The translations under genes were made by a program, and so were the position numbers. Under the pieces are notes generated by a model. The model did not search any database and was not told the origin of the DNA. It saw nothing but the letters and a program-made list of their open reading frames with translations. A DNA stretch of 33,206 nt from an uncultured virus (IMG/VR IMGVR_UViG_3300030101_004641). Taxonomy: Duplodnaviria; Heunggongvirae; Uroviricota; Caudoviricetes. The stretch is taken from the IMG/VR virus record IMGVR_UViG_3300030101_004641. One strand, written 5' to 3'. Shown here piece by piece: positions 24,362 through 32,810 of the stretch (positions are counted from its first letter, which is position 1; every line of letters starts with the position of its first letter).

Positions 24362-25279
24362 ATGTCTGTATTAGACCGTTTTAAAGATACTGAAAAGTAT
24401 CCACGTCAAATGCGTGAACTAGGAATGCTGATCATTCTTAATAGAAGATCAAATCCTGGAATCTTTTTGAAAGATATTCATGCTGATAGATGTGGATGGT
24501 TCGGTAAACCCTCCCAACTACCTGATGCTGAGCACACGCAAGAGGAATTTGGTGACAATGGAAAACTAGAAGATGGAATTTTATTTAGAACTCCACGTCT
24601 AGTAATTCTTCGTGGTGGTTACAAAGATGATCCTACTTTTGTAGAAAACAGTGCAGAGAAAGGTGCTATTGAAGGACTTTACTCTGATATGAGTCATCTA
24701 TGGGATGTTTGGGCACAAAACAACCCAGACAAAGCACCTCCATATAGAAGAAGACGCTTAGTTCTTTGTTATTTAGTAGATTCAAAAGGAGCACCTCTCC
24801 ATAAAAAACCATTAATACTTTCATTACATGGAGGAGCAGCTAAGATTTTATGTCAACGCTACGCTCAATTCTTAGAACAGCTAGAAGTTGCTTATTCAAA
24901 TGCAACTGGTGATAAAGCTGCACAAGGATTTGGTGGTAAGATGTGTGCCTCTGTAATTTGGACTCCAACTTTTGGAAGTGAAAAATATGGAGAGACAAGA
25001 AAATCTGACATCGCTGTACCAAAGTCATGGGTTATACCTGATGAGGATACAATCCTTAACTTCTGGCCGCAGAAAGAATCTCTTATAGATGATTATGAGG
25101 ATGTTTATGAAACTTGTCCACCTGAAGTTTATGCTCAGAAATTCTTCAAGCAGTGCGAGCGAGAAATTGGAATTAATGCCCTAAAACCAGGTGTAGACAT
25201 AACCAATGCCGTTTTACCAGCTGCTGATGATCTAGGTCAAAAAGATGAAACTGGTGCTCTTGTAGGTGGATTAAGCTAA
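24362..25279 (+). CDS. replication-module protein, tentatively DUF5895-like
   Basis: 305 aa; L.YLVD..G.PLH..PL.L...G motif; located next to SSB. Confidence 0.6.
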   Translation: MSVLDRFKDTEKYPRQMRELGMLIILNRRSNPGIFLKDIHADRCGWFGKPSQLPDAEHTQEEFGDNGKLEDGILFRTPRLVILRGGYKDDPTFVENSAEKGAIEGLYSDMSHLWDVWAQNNPDKAPPYRRRRLVLCYLVDSKGAPLHKKPLILSLHGGAAKILCQRYAQFLEQLEVAYSNATGDKAAQGFGGKMCASVIWTPTFGSEKYGETRKSDIAVPKSWVIPDEDTILNFWPQKESLIDDYEDVYETCPPEVYAQKFFKQCEREIGINALKPGVDITNAVLPAADDLGQKDETGALVGGLS

Positions 25280-25299
25280 GTTTTTTCAATATTATTTTG

Positions 25300-25334
25300 G
25301 CAGGGAGACTTTTTGTAGTTTCTCTGCTTTTTTT
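25300..25334 (+). terminator. intrinsic terminator
   Basis: GCAGGGAGACT-TTTTGT-AGTTTCTCTGC then T7. Confidence 0.85.
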
Positions 25335-25413
25335 ATGATTTTTTTTGCTTTATTTCTGTCAGTACAATTATCTGCTTTATTTATTAACTTAATTAGTCTG
25401 TAATTTGTATTCA

Positions 25414-25662
25414 TTAATTTAAAGTAAATTTTGTAATTTTATCGTCACTTTCTAAATCAACTAATCTTTTACATAATGCTCGTATAAGTGCTTGTTTATG
25501 GAGAATAATTTTTAGTAATTGTTTAGAAGCTATCCTTAAATGTTCAGGATCTTCTAATTTTTCTAAGTCTTTACCAACTAAAGTCATCACAAATTCATCC
25601 TCTAAAGTAGGTTCTGTTTCTTCAGGATCAATAGAAAGTTCTACAAGTTGATAAGATGACAT
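25414..25662 (-). CDS. nblA: NblA-like (phycobiliprotein degradation adaptor) protein
   Basis: TLEDEF.M......E...D.E.LR.....LL......Q..IR.L two-helix pattern. Confidence 0.55.
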   Translation of the reverse strand: MSSYQLVELSIDPEETEPTLEDEFVMTLVGKDLEKLEDPEHLRIASKQLLKIILHKQALIRALCKRLVDLESDDKITKFTLN

Positions 25663-25696
25663 GATATAAGGCTTTTTTACTATTCTACTTCAATTA

Positions 25697-25724
25697 TTGA
25701 CAGCAACCGTAAAGCCTATACAAT
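25697..25724 (+). promoter_or_regulatory. sigma70-type promoter
   Basis: TTGACA-N16-TACAAT, ending 21 bp before the ATG at 25746. Confidence 0.7.
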
Positions 25725-25745
25725 TTAAACGATTAGATTTTTATT

Positions 25746-26348
25746 ATGGCTGACCCATTAACATATGAGCAATTACTTGAAAATAAAAAATTAATAGATA
25801 GTTTACTAGATTCAAAAACTATAAATGAAGAGGATAAAAGAGAATTAGAATATATTTGGAAATCACTAGAATCACGAGAAGAATCAAAGTTTGATGCAAT
25901 TATTTCTTTAATAAAAGATTGCGATAAACAAATTACAAGTAGAAAAAAAGATATAAATGAATTACAAAAAAATTTAAATTACTGGGAAAATAAAAGAAAA
26001 ACTATTATTAACATTATTAAGACTGCTTATGAAAAAAACTTAATAAGTTCAATGCCAACAGGTAATAAATATCAAGCAACAATTAAATCTGTAAAATCTA
26101 AAATAGTAGATAACTTTAAATCTTGGACGCAAGAAGAAAAAAATAAATTTAGTTTATATAAAACCACTACGATACAAAGATTATTTGATGGCTCCACTGT
26201 CGATTGGAAAGAGGAGCTGTTACCTGATAAAGAACAACTTAGAAAATTAATGACTGAGGATCCCCTTACCGCCCCTACAAAAGTAAAATTAGTGCATAGA
26301 GTATCTTTAACGTACAACCTCAGAAAAAGGTTAAGAAAAGGTATATAA
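25746..26348 (+). CDS. Siphovirus Gp157-like protein
   Basis: E.K.D.I...IK ... I.EL......EN.. coiled coil and C-terminal PDK..L motif. Confidence 0.65.
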   Translation: MADPLTYEQLLENKKLIDSLLDSKTINEEDKRELEYIWKSLESREESKFDAIISLIKDCDKQITSRKKDINELQKNLNYWENKRKTIINIIKTAYEKNLISSMPTGNKYQATIKSVKSKIVDNFKSWTQEEKNKFSLYKTTTIQRLFDGSTVDWKEELLPDKEQLRKLMTEDPLTAPTKVKLVHRVSLTYNLRKRLRKGI

Positions 26349-26397
26349 AGTTGATTTTATATTTACTCTTACTAAAATAATAAAAATTCTAATTAAA

Positions 26398-26541
26398 ATG
26401 AACAAAAAAGAAAAATTTAACAGATTTATAGAAAACGCTGCTAGATCTATAGAACCAATGTCTTTAGGAGAAATTATTAAAAGACAAAAAGATGCAATAA
26501 AAGAGGGAACTCTTGAGAGCTACAGTAATTTTGATAGATAA
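26398..26541 (+). CDS. small hypothetical protein (47 aa)
   Basis: MNKKEKFNRFIENAARSIEPMSLGE... Confidence 0.5.
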   Translation: MNKKEKFNRFIENAARSIEPMSLGEIIKRQKDAIKEGTLESYSNFDR

Positions 26542-26616
26542 TTATTTTATTTTTGTATTTTTACTATAAATTTTTGGATATAGGGCAGTTATCCTAAAGT
26601 TACTCAAAAATATAAA

Positions 26617-26856
26617 ATGGTGAGTACAAAGAACTTTAAGTATCGTGGACAAGCGAGTGAAATTCTTGAACCGATTATCTTTTCTGATTATGAAATTAAA
26701 AGTTTAAAACATGGTAATACTGGGCATGTTTTATATAAATTTCCTAGTAAAAATCATAATTGGGAAGACTGCTGGACGAGTAATCTTCAAGAGGCTCAAG
26801 CTGGAGTTACGAAATATCTACAAAACTTAAAAAATAAAAAGGATAAATTTAAGTAG
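26617..26856 (+). CDS. hypothetical protein
   Basis: 79-aa ORF. Confidence 0.7.
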   Translation: MVSTKNFKYRGQASEILEPIIFSDYEIKSLKHGNTGHVLYKFPSKNHNWEDCWTSNLQEAQAGVTKYLQNLKNKKDKFK

Positions 26857-26888
26857 AAATAAATTAGAATCAAGCTGTACAAAAAATT

Positions 26889-27155
26889 ATGTTAGTGACA
26901 ACAACGCCCAGTATGACTAAACTTATGGATGACTTAGCTAAAAATATTCATAAGCATCTTTATGAAGTTTCTACTGAGTTTGAAGGTAATCATTTTGTCT
27001 TAACTCCTATTACTGATGTGGTTAAGAAATTTGATAGAAACCACAGAACAATTCAAAGACGGATCAATGCTTTGAAAGACGAAGGTTTACTTGTGCCAAT
27101 CATAAAGAGAAACACAATAACCTTATATCAAATATTTAACACGGAGGAACAATGA
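26889..27155 (+). CDS. winged helix-turn-helix protein
   Basis: ITDVVKKFDRNHRTIQRRINALKDEGLL plus wing. Confidence 0.75.
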   Translation: MLVTTTPSMTKLMDDLAKNIHKHLYEVSTEFEGNHFVLTPITDVVKKFDRNHRTIQRRINALKDEGLLVPIIKRNTITLYQIFNTEEQ

Positions 27156-27463
27156 CAACAAATGGTAATCCACGCCAAGATCCTTATATTGAGCATCTTG
27201 ATTTTTTAGTTTCTTCTTTTACTGATAATGGTAAATCATTAAGAGGATTTACTATGAATCCACAAGAACTAGCAATTACTATGTTGACAGCAGGTTTATT
27301 AGCTAATTCAAAATTAATGATCAGCCCAGATGATGCTATTAAGTCGGCATTTGATATTCATAAAAGAATACAAGGTCATGTAGCAAACTATCAAAATATA
27401 CAATTTGCTGCAAAAATTGAAAATGCTTTTAATGAAAAACCACCTGAAGTGGAACACGATTAA
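27152..27463 (+). CDS. hypothetical protein
   Basis: 103 aa; GGAGG SD; ATGA overlap. Confidence 0.75.
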   Translation: MTTNGNPRQDPYIEHLDFLVSSFTDNGKSLRGFTMNPQELAITMLTAGLLANSKLMISPDDAIKSAFDIHKRIQGHVANYQNIQFAAKIENAFNEKPPEVEHD

Positions 27464-27511
27464 AAACGAAAGTTAAGAGGCGGTATCCTCCTATCAGTCT
27501 TAAATACTTTT

Positions 27512-28330
27512 TTGGATTATAGATCTCAAGGTGATACAAGAGTTTCCATAAATGGATCACGTCACTATAAAACACCTTATGGTGCTTTACCCTCTGTAAC
27601 CACTATCTTGTCTGAAACATCAGGAAGTAAAGCAGCTTTAGAAAGATGGGCTAAAAAAAATCCTGGAGGTAGAGAAGCTGCTGCAGCTAGAGGAACAAAA
27701 GTTCACTCTCTAATGGAGGATTATTTATTAGGTGTAGATAGAGAACCTGAGATAAAAGATCCAGAAATAGCTGCTTTTTGGAACGGATTACCAGATAATC
27801 TAAGTAAATTAGAAAATGTTTTATGGGCGGAAAACCCTGCTAACATTGATGACTATGCTTGGTGTAAAGGATCTGATGGTATATCAAGAGTATGGCATCC
27901 TGGTTTTCATGAAGGTAAAAATTTTGGTTGGGCAGGGGCTCCAGATATTGTTGCTGAGTACAAAGGCAAAATTATTTTGGGTGATTTAAAAACTAGCACT
28001 GGACCGTACTATTCTCAATGGCCTGATTCAAGTACGCCAAAAAATGAATATGGTAAAAAACGAGCTGGTTTTATGAAATATCAAAAATGTCAATTACAAT
28101 TAGCTGCCTATGCTTTGGGATTAGAACATACTATTAATGTAATTCCTGAACTTTGTATGACTTTTGTTGCTACAAAAGAAACTTCTCAGGTTTTTGTTAT
28201 ACAAAGAAGAACTATCGAAAAATATAAAGAAAAATGGAAAGCTACTGTAAAAAAATATTATGAAGTAATATTACCAGAGAAACAACAGCGTGAGATTGAA
28301 ATGTTAGGTATAGATGGCGATGAGATGTAG
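27512..28330 (+). CDS. PD-(D/E)XK exonuclease
   Basis: PSVTTILS, AARGTKVH..ME, AGAPD, DLKTS, QLAAY. Confidence 0.88.
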   Translation: MDYRSQGDTRVSINGSRHYKTPYGALPSVTTILSETSGSKAALERWAKKNPGGREAAAARGTKVHSLMEDYLLGVDREPEIKDPEIAAFWNGLPDNLSKLENVLWAENPANIDDYAWCKGSDGISRVWHPGFHEGKNFGWAGAPDIVAEYKGKIILGDLKTSTGPYYSQWPDSSTPKNEYGKKRAGFMKYQKCQLQLAAYALGLEHTINVIPELCMTFVATKETSQVFVIQRRTIEKYKEKWKATVKKYYEVILPEKQQREIEMLGIDGDEM

Positions 28331-28492
28331 ACAAAGATAAAAACCTATGCATAATAAATTAAATATAGGAATCAGCACATTTAGTGCGTAAATAGAAAGA
28401 AAATAGAAAATTTTCCTATATATAGGGGTTCCGCTGTTAGAAATAGAAGCTAACCTCTAGATGAATTATCTAAACATACAGAAAAGCAAATA

Positions 28493-31057
28493 ATGTCAAA
28501 AGCTTCTCAAGAACCCAATAATCATCTCAAAGCAGGACAAATCAATTTTGATTTAATACCTAGGGATTGGGCATTGACACCATTACAAGGTAAAAGAGCG
28601 TATATTGCAGGTTGGACATCACAACCCTACACAATAGATGAAATAAAACGTGAGTTTGATCAGGGAAAGGCAACAGGTATAGGTTTAATAACAGGTGTTT
28701 GGTCTAACAAAGGAGGTTTAATTTGGGTAGATATTGACGGGCCAGAGGCTTTAAAAGATTTAGAGGAGTTAGCAGGAGCTCCCTTATCAGCTGCATTTCC
28801 TCCTACCTTAACGATCTCCTCTGGTAAAGAATCAAGGCAACGTATGTTGTTTAGTATTCCAGCAGAAAAACTACCTTTGATACCAGATAAGGCAACAATA
28901 AAAATTGGAATTCCTTCTTTTGAAATTTTATTTAGATCAAGGCAAGGGGCTATCATGGGAAGTCACCCAGAGACTAGCGGATATTTCACCACGCCTCATG
29001 GTGGCTTTGAATATGCTAAGAACCCTCCTGAACTCCCACAGTGGCTTTACGATGCAATTGTAAAAGCATACCCACTAAATAAATATAAAAAACCTATTAA
29101 GGAAGGAATATTAACCCAACAAGTAAATATTGATTATGAAGAAGATTCGGAGTATCAACAAGAATCTTATATTAATGATGCAAAAATTTATTTAGATCAT
29201 CTTAATTTAGAAAGAGCACAAGAATATGACTCATGGGTAAAGGTCGGAATGTGTTTAAAACAAATTGATGATACTTTACTTTCAGAATGGATTGACTGGT
29301 CAAAGCAAGCAGAAAATTTTGAGGAAGGTGCTTGCGAAAAAAAATGGAATACCTTTGAAGTAGTTGATGGAGGTCCTAACCCAGAAAATCATTGTGGACT
29401 TCATCATTTAAGAGCAATGGCAAAAGAGGATGGATATGTAGATATTGGTGGATTTGTCGTTGAAAGTGGTAAATCATTAAAAGAAAAAGCCAAAAAGTTA
29501 TTTGAAAATGATAATTCAGTTCCTGTGAATGTTGTTGACGATGTACTAAATGAAATACTAGGCCAACCTACTAATAAAGAATTAAGAGAAGTTTCACAAA
29601 AAATACAAAATAAAAGTAAACCAAAAACACCACCTGCATCTGAACTCTCAGAACATGTAACACCAATGGTAATTGAGTGTGGTTGGAGATATGATCCTAA
29701 ATATGATACCTTTATGTTCTACCAGTCCTCTAAAGGTACTTGGAGAAGAGAGGAATATAGAACAGAGTATAAACATTTTGTACAAGACTTATTTTTAAGA
29801 GAAAGTATACCTACACCAAGTGGCTTTACCTCACATCTTTTATCAGATGTTGTAAATCTTACACAAGCATATATTACTCAACCATATTGGAATGATGATC
29901 CTGATAAGTTAGCTTTCAGAAATGGTGTCCTAGAAATGAGCACAGGAGAGTTTTTAGATCATGACCCTGAGCATTATTTAACTTGGGGTTTAGATTTTGA
30001 TTATGATCCTCAAGCAGACAGCGGACCTATTATTGAATGGTTGAAAAAAACTCAATATGGTGATTTAGAAAGAGTTCAAGTATTAAGAGCATGGTTAAAA
30101 GCTTGTTTAGTCGGTAAAGGCCATGAACTACAAAGATTCTTAGAAGTAATAGGACCTGGAGGTAGGGGTAAATCAACATTTGCTAATCTTTGCTGTGCTT
30201 TGGTTGGTAATGGTAATTATGCTAGTACAACATTAAATCAATTAGAGCAAAGTAGATTTGAAATTGCTTCAATAAAAGGAAAAAGATTAACTTTAATAAA
30301 TGATTCAGAAAGATATGGTGGTTCTGCTCAAATTTTTAAAGCTTTAACTGGAGGAGATAATCTAAGATTTGAGGAAAAAAATAAAAATGTTGGTGAACCA
30401 TTTGTATATACAGGAATGGTTATGGTCTGTGCTAATGAACCAATTCAAACAACAGATAATACTTCTGGTTTAACACGAAGGAGACTAACTGTTGAATTTA
30501 ACAGACCATTATGGGATAAAAATTCTGAAGCAGTGGAAATGATAAAACTTGAAAATGGTGAAGTAAATGGCTTATGGAAGAGTTATTTACCAGGCTTAGT
30601 TAATTGGGTTTTAGAAATGAAAACACAAGAAATGCGTGAATATTTATTAGATACTTATGAGAAAGTAAAACATTTAAAAGGTGTAAGAAATAATATTTTA
30701 CTTACAAGTAATAATTTAGTTGAATGGTTACAATCAGAGGTGGTTCATGATGATAAGGCCGTATCTGCTGTAGGTAAAAAAATTCCCGCTTCAAAAGAGT
30801 CAAAAGAAAGATATTGTAATACTAATTTTCATCTCTATGCAAGTTATTGTTCGTATTGTGAAGACACAGGATCAAAACCAGTAGGGCAAAAAAGATTTAT
30901 AGCTCTTCTATTAGATTGTTGTAGAAATCAATTAGGACTTAAAGAGATAAAACAGTTTAGTCAAAAAGGTAGACCTTTCATTAAAGGTTTGGCAATAAGA
31001 AATTCAGATGTGAAATATAAAAATAAAGAAACTATATTACCAGAAAAGCAGTCATAG
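28493..31057 (+). CDS. primase-helicase: Prim-Pol + PriCT-2 + D5_N + SF3 helicase
   Basis: W.LTP...K, IGL.TG, VDIDG; Y..W.KVGM.L...W.DWS; F.NG.L...TG; Walker A GPGGRGKST, Walker B LINDS, motif C MVCAN, arginine finger RRRL. Confidence 0.9.
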   Translation: MSKASQEPNNHLKAGQINFDLIPRDWALTPLQGKRAYIAGWTSQPYTIDEIKREFDQGKATGIGLITGVWSNKGGLIWVDIDGPEALKDLEELAGAPLSAAFPPTLTISSGKESRQRMLFSIPAEKLPLIPDKATIKIGIPSFEILFRSRQGAIMGSHPETSGYFTTPHGGFEYAKNPPELPQWLYDAIVKAYPLNKYKKPIKEGILTQQVNIDYEEDSEYQQESYINDAKIYLDHLNLERAQEYDSWVKVGMCLKQIDDTLLSEWIDWSKQAENFEEGACEKKWNTFEVVDGGPNPENHCGLHHLRAMAKEDGYVDIGGFVVESGKSLKEKAKKLFENDNSVPVNVVDDVLNEILGQPTNKELREVSQKIQNKSKPKTPPASELSEHVTPMVIECGWRYDPKYDTFMFYQSSKGTWRREEYRTEYKHFVQDLFLRESIPTPSGFTSHLLSDVVNLTQAYITQPYWNDDPDKLAFRNGVLEMSTGEFLDHDPEHYLTWGLDFDYDPQADSGPIIEWLKKTQYGDLERVQVLRAWLKACLVGKGHELQRFLEVIGPGGRGKSTFANLCCALVGNGNYASTTLNQLEQSRFEIASIKGKRLTLINDSERYGGSAQIFKALTGGDNLRFEEKNKNVGEPFVYTGMVMVCANEPIQTTDNTSGLTRRRLTVEFNRPLWDKNSEAVEMIKLENGEVNGLWKSYLPGLVNWVLEMKTQEMREYLLDTYEKVKHLKGVRNNILLTSNNLVEWLQSEVVHDDKAVSAVGKKIPASKESKERYCNTNFHLYASYCSYCEDTGSKPVGQKRFIALLLDCCRNQLGLKEIKQFSQKGRPFIKGLAIRNSDVKYKNKETILPEKQS

Positions 31058-31103
31058 CAGTAGACATAAGAAATATTTATACCTTATATAGGCAATATTA
31101 AGT

Positions 31104-31142
31104 TATGTAAACTTGTGTTACAAAGTGTAACATTGTTAAAAT
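31104..31142 (+). promoter_or_regulatory. hli operon promoter with HLR1-like (RpaB) repeats
   Basis: Minus-strand octamers GTTACACT-N2-GTAACACA-N2-TTTACATA (31104-31131), next to TG-n-TAAAAT (31134-31142). Confidence 0.55.
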
Positions 31143-31164
31143 ATAAAGAAGATATAAATACCTA

Positions 31165-31356
31165 ATGACAACAGTTACAGAAAGTGGCGGTCGCCAAAAC
31201 ATCTATTCAGTTGAACCTGTCACTGATGTTGACCCGAATTATCAAGGCTATCCAGAAGAGGCTGAAAAAGCCAATGGACGCTGGGCAATGATCGGTTTTG
31301 TAGCTTTATTAGGTGCTTATTCAACAACAGGTCAGATTATTCCTGGCATTTTTTAA
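31165..31356 (+). CDS. hli: high-light inducible protein
   Basis: AEKANGRWAMIGF...TGQIIPGIF. Confidence 0.95.
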   Translation: MTTVTESGGRQNIYSVEPVTDVDPNYQGYPEEAEKANGRWAMIGFVALLGAYSTTGQIIPGIF

Positions 31357-31376
31357 ATTAAAACCCCTTTTTTATC

Positions 31377-31484
31377 ATGACTCCTGAAGCAGAAAGATTT
31401 AACGGCTGGGCAGCAATGCTTGGATTCGTAGCAGCAGTTGGTGCTTACGCAACAACAGGTAATATAATTCCTGGAATATTCTAA
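31377..31484 (+). CDS. hli: high-light inducible protein (35 aa)
   Basis: MTPEAERFNGWAAMLGFVAAVGAYATTGNIIPGIF*. Confidence 0.95.
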   Translation: MTPEAERFNGWAAMLGFVAAVGAYATTGNIIPGIF

Positions 31485-31597
31485 TGAATAATAAAGATAT
31501 ATTTTTTAAAGCACAAGGACGAGCAGCAATGATGGGTTTCATCATTATCTGCACAGTTTATGGCTTAACAGGTCAATTAATTCCAGGCTTTGTGTAA
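31484..31597 (+). CDS. hli: divergent high-light inducible protein (37 aa)
   Basis: MNNKDIFFKAQGRAAMMGF...TGQLIPGFV*. Confidence 0.85.
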   Translation: MNNKDIFFKAQGRAAMMGFIIICTVYGLTGQLIPGFV

Positions 31598-31740
31598 TGG
31601 ATATTCAATCTTATTCTAAACCAATCGAAAAGCAAAAAATAATTGCTGAAAGATTAAATGGACAATTAGCAATGTTAGGTGTTGTTGCTGCAGTTGGTGC
31701 TTACCTAACTACAGGTCAATTAATACCTGGATTTATTTAA
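31597..31740 (+). CDS. hli: high-light inducible protein (47 aa)
   Basis: AERLNGQLAMLG...TGQLIPGFI*. Confidence 0.95.
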   Translation: MDIQSYSKPIEKQKIIAERLNGQLAMLGVVAAVGAYLTTGQLIPGFI

Positions 31741-31907
31741 TGGGATTTGAAGATCCTTATTCAATCCCCTCTTCTATGGCAGTACTATGGGTTTTATATC
31801 CCATAGGCTCTCTAGTTTTAATAGAACTAATACTTAGAGCTATCGACGATGATGATGATGATCAAGGCGGTGGCGTTATGTCTCCTGTTTATCAACCAAT
31901 ACGATGA
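31740..31907 (+). CDS. small membrane protein with DDDDDDQGGG motif (55 aa)
   Basis: TAATG coupling; TM helix then poly-Asp-GGG.M.P. Confidence 0.8.
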   Translation: MGFEDPYSIPSSMAVLWVLYPIGSLVLIELILRAIDDDDDDQGGGVMSPVYQPIR

Positions 31908-31978
31908 ATCACATTCTTTTCACAATCTTAATTTCACTTTATCTTCTTACTAATGCTGGTTCAGCGGTATTTGCGTGA
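31904..31978 (+). CDS. 24-aa hydrophobic micro-protein
   Basis: ATGA overlap; MNHILFTILISLYLLTNAGSAVFA*. Confidence 0.6.
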   Translation: MNHILFTILISLYLLTNAGSAVFA

Positions 31979-32076
31979 GAAAAATTTTTTACAGTCCCTA
32001 TTACTCATTATTTGAGTTTTTTTTCTTTGTTATTGTTGGTACAATAGCGGGAATGAGTGGCCTGTTAGAAGTATAA
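31975..32076 (+). CDS. 33-aa hydrophobic micro-protein
   Basis: GTGA overlap; MRKIFYSPYYSLFEFFFFVIVGTIAGMSGLLEV*. Confidence 0.6.
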   Translation: MRKIFYSPYYSLFEFFFFVIVGTIAGMSGLLEV

Positions 32077-32110
32077 ATAATAAAATTAAAATAGAAATAC
32101 TAATACTTTA

Positions 32111-32242
32111 ATGCAAACTTATAAATTGAAAAATTTACCTTTTTTTACAGAGGCTAAGTTAATTTTAGAAAATAAAAAAAATCAAACAAAAGACACTAAT
32201 CAAAAATGGTTTAAAGGCAGTAAAGATAGAGGTCTGAAATAA
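32111..32242 (+). CDS. possible small protein (43 aa)
   Basis: Open frame MQTYKLKNLPFFTEAKL...; no other support. Confidence 0.3.
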   Translation: MQTYKLKNLPFFTEAKLILENKKNQTKDTNQKWFKGSKDRGLK

Positions 32243-32244
32243 TT

Positions 32245-32586
32245 TTATTTATTGTGTTTATGCTGAGGATAATCTTTTTCCATAGCTTTTTTAGATAAAT
32301 TAGGTCTTGCACCACCACCTTCATGTCCGTGAGCAATCCCTAATTCGTGTAATCTAGAATGCTCTTTAATTTCATCTCTTAAATCTTTACCACCTTTACC
32401 AAAAGTCATATAAATACCATAAATCATTAAAAATAAAACTAAAAATCCAAGAAAAACAGCAAAAGCAGCTCCCTGTCCTAAATGTCCATGAGGTATTAAA
32501 GTATCATTACAACGTGCGATTTTATCTTGATCAATCCAAGTTCCTGGTAAAGTATAAACAGGAGGACATGATAAGAAATAATTCAT
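32245..32586 (-). CDS. psbN: PsbN-like protein with N- and C-terminal extensions
   Basis: TM helix followed by YGIYMTFGKGGKDLRDEIKEH (PsbN: Y..Y..FG..S..LRDPFEEH). Confidence 0.7.
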   Translation of the reverse strand: MNYFLSCPPVYTLPGTWIDQDKIARCNDTLIPHGHLGQGAAFAVFLGFLVLFLMIYGIYMTFGKGGKDLRDEIKEHSRLHELGIAHGHEGGGARPNLSKKAMEKDYPQHKHNK

Positions 32587-32786
32587 AATTTAGCTATTTT
32601 TAATTGATTTTTTAAATTTGTCCAAGAACCTTCTGGAGCTTCTTGTAATGAATTTTCTATTTTAAAAATAAAAAGAAGTCTATGATTACTTGTTTCAAGA
32701 TCATAGAGGTCATCCATCTTTTCATATAATATTTGACTTATTCTTAAATGCAAAGCTAAATGCCAGCAAACCACATTAAACAGCAC
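32583..32786 (-). CDS. hypothetical protein
   Basis: ATGA overlap with the psbN-like gene; start uncertain (internal MDDLY likely). Confidence 0.45.
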   Translation of the reverse strand: MLFNVVCWHLALHLRISQILYEKMDDLYDLETSNHRLLFIFKIENSLQEAPEGSWTNLKNQLKIAKL

Positions 32787-32810
32787 GATTTTAAATTTTA
32801 TTTAATATTA

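Noticed and set aside
27512..28330. Cas4 call
   Set aside because: No four-Cys Fe-S signature and no CRISPR context; a generic PD-(D/E)XK exonuclease fits better
19862..28956. Minus-strand ORFs 19862, 20257, 20896, 21387, 24840, 26072 and 28660
   Set aside because: Antisense to clear + strand genes
31107..31121. NtcA box upstream of hli
   Set aside because: Spacing is GTA-N9-TAC, not N8
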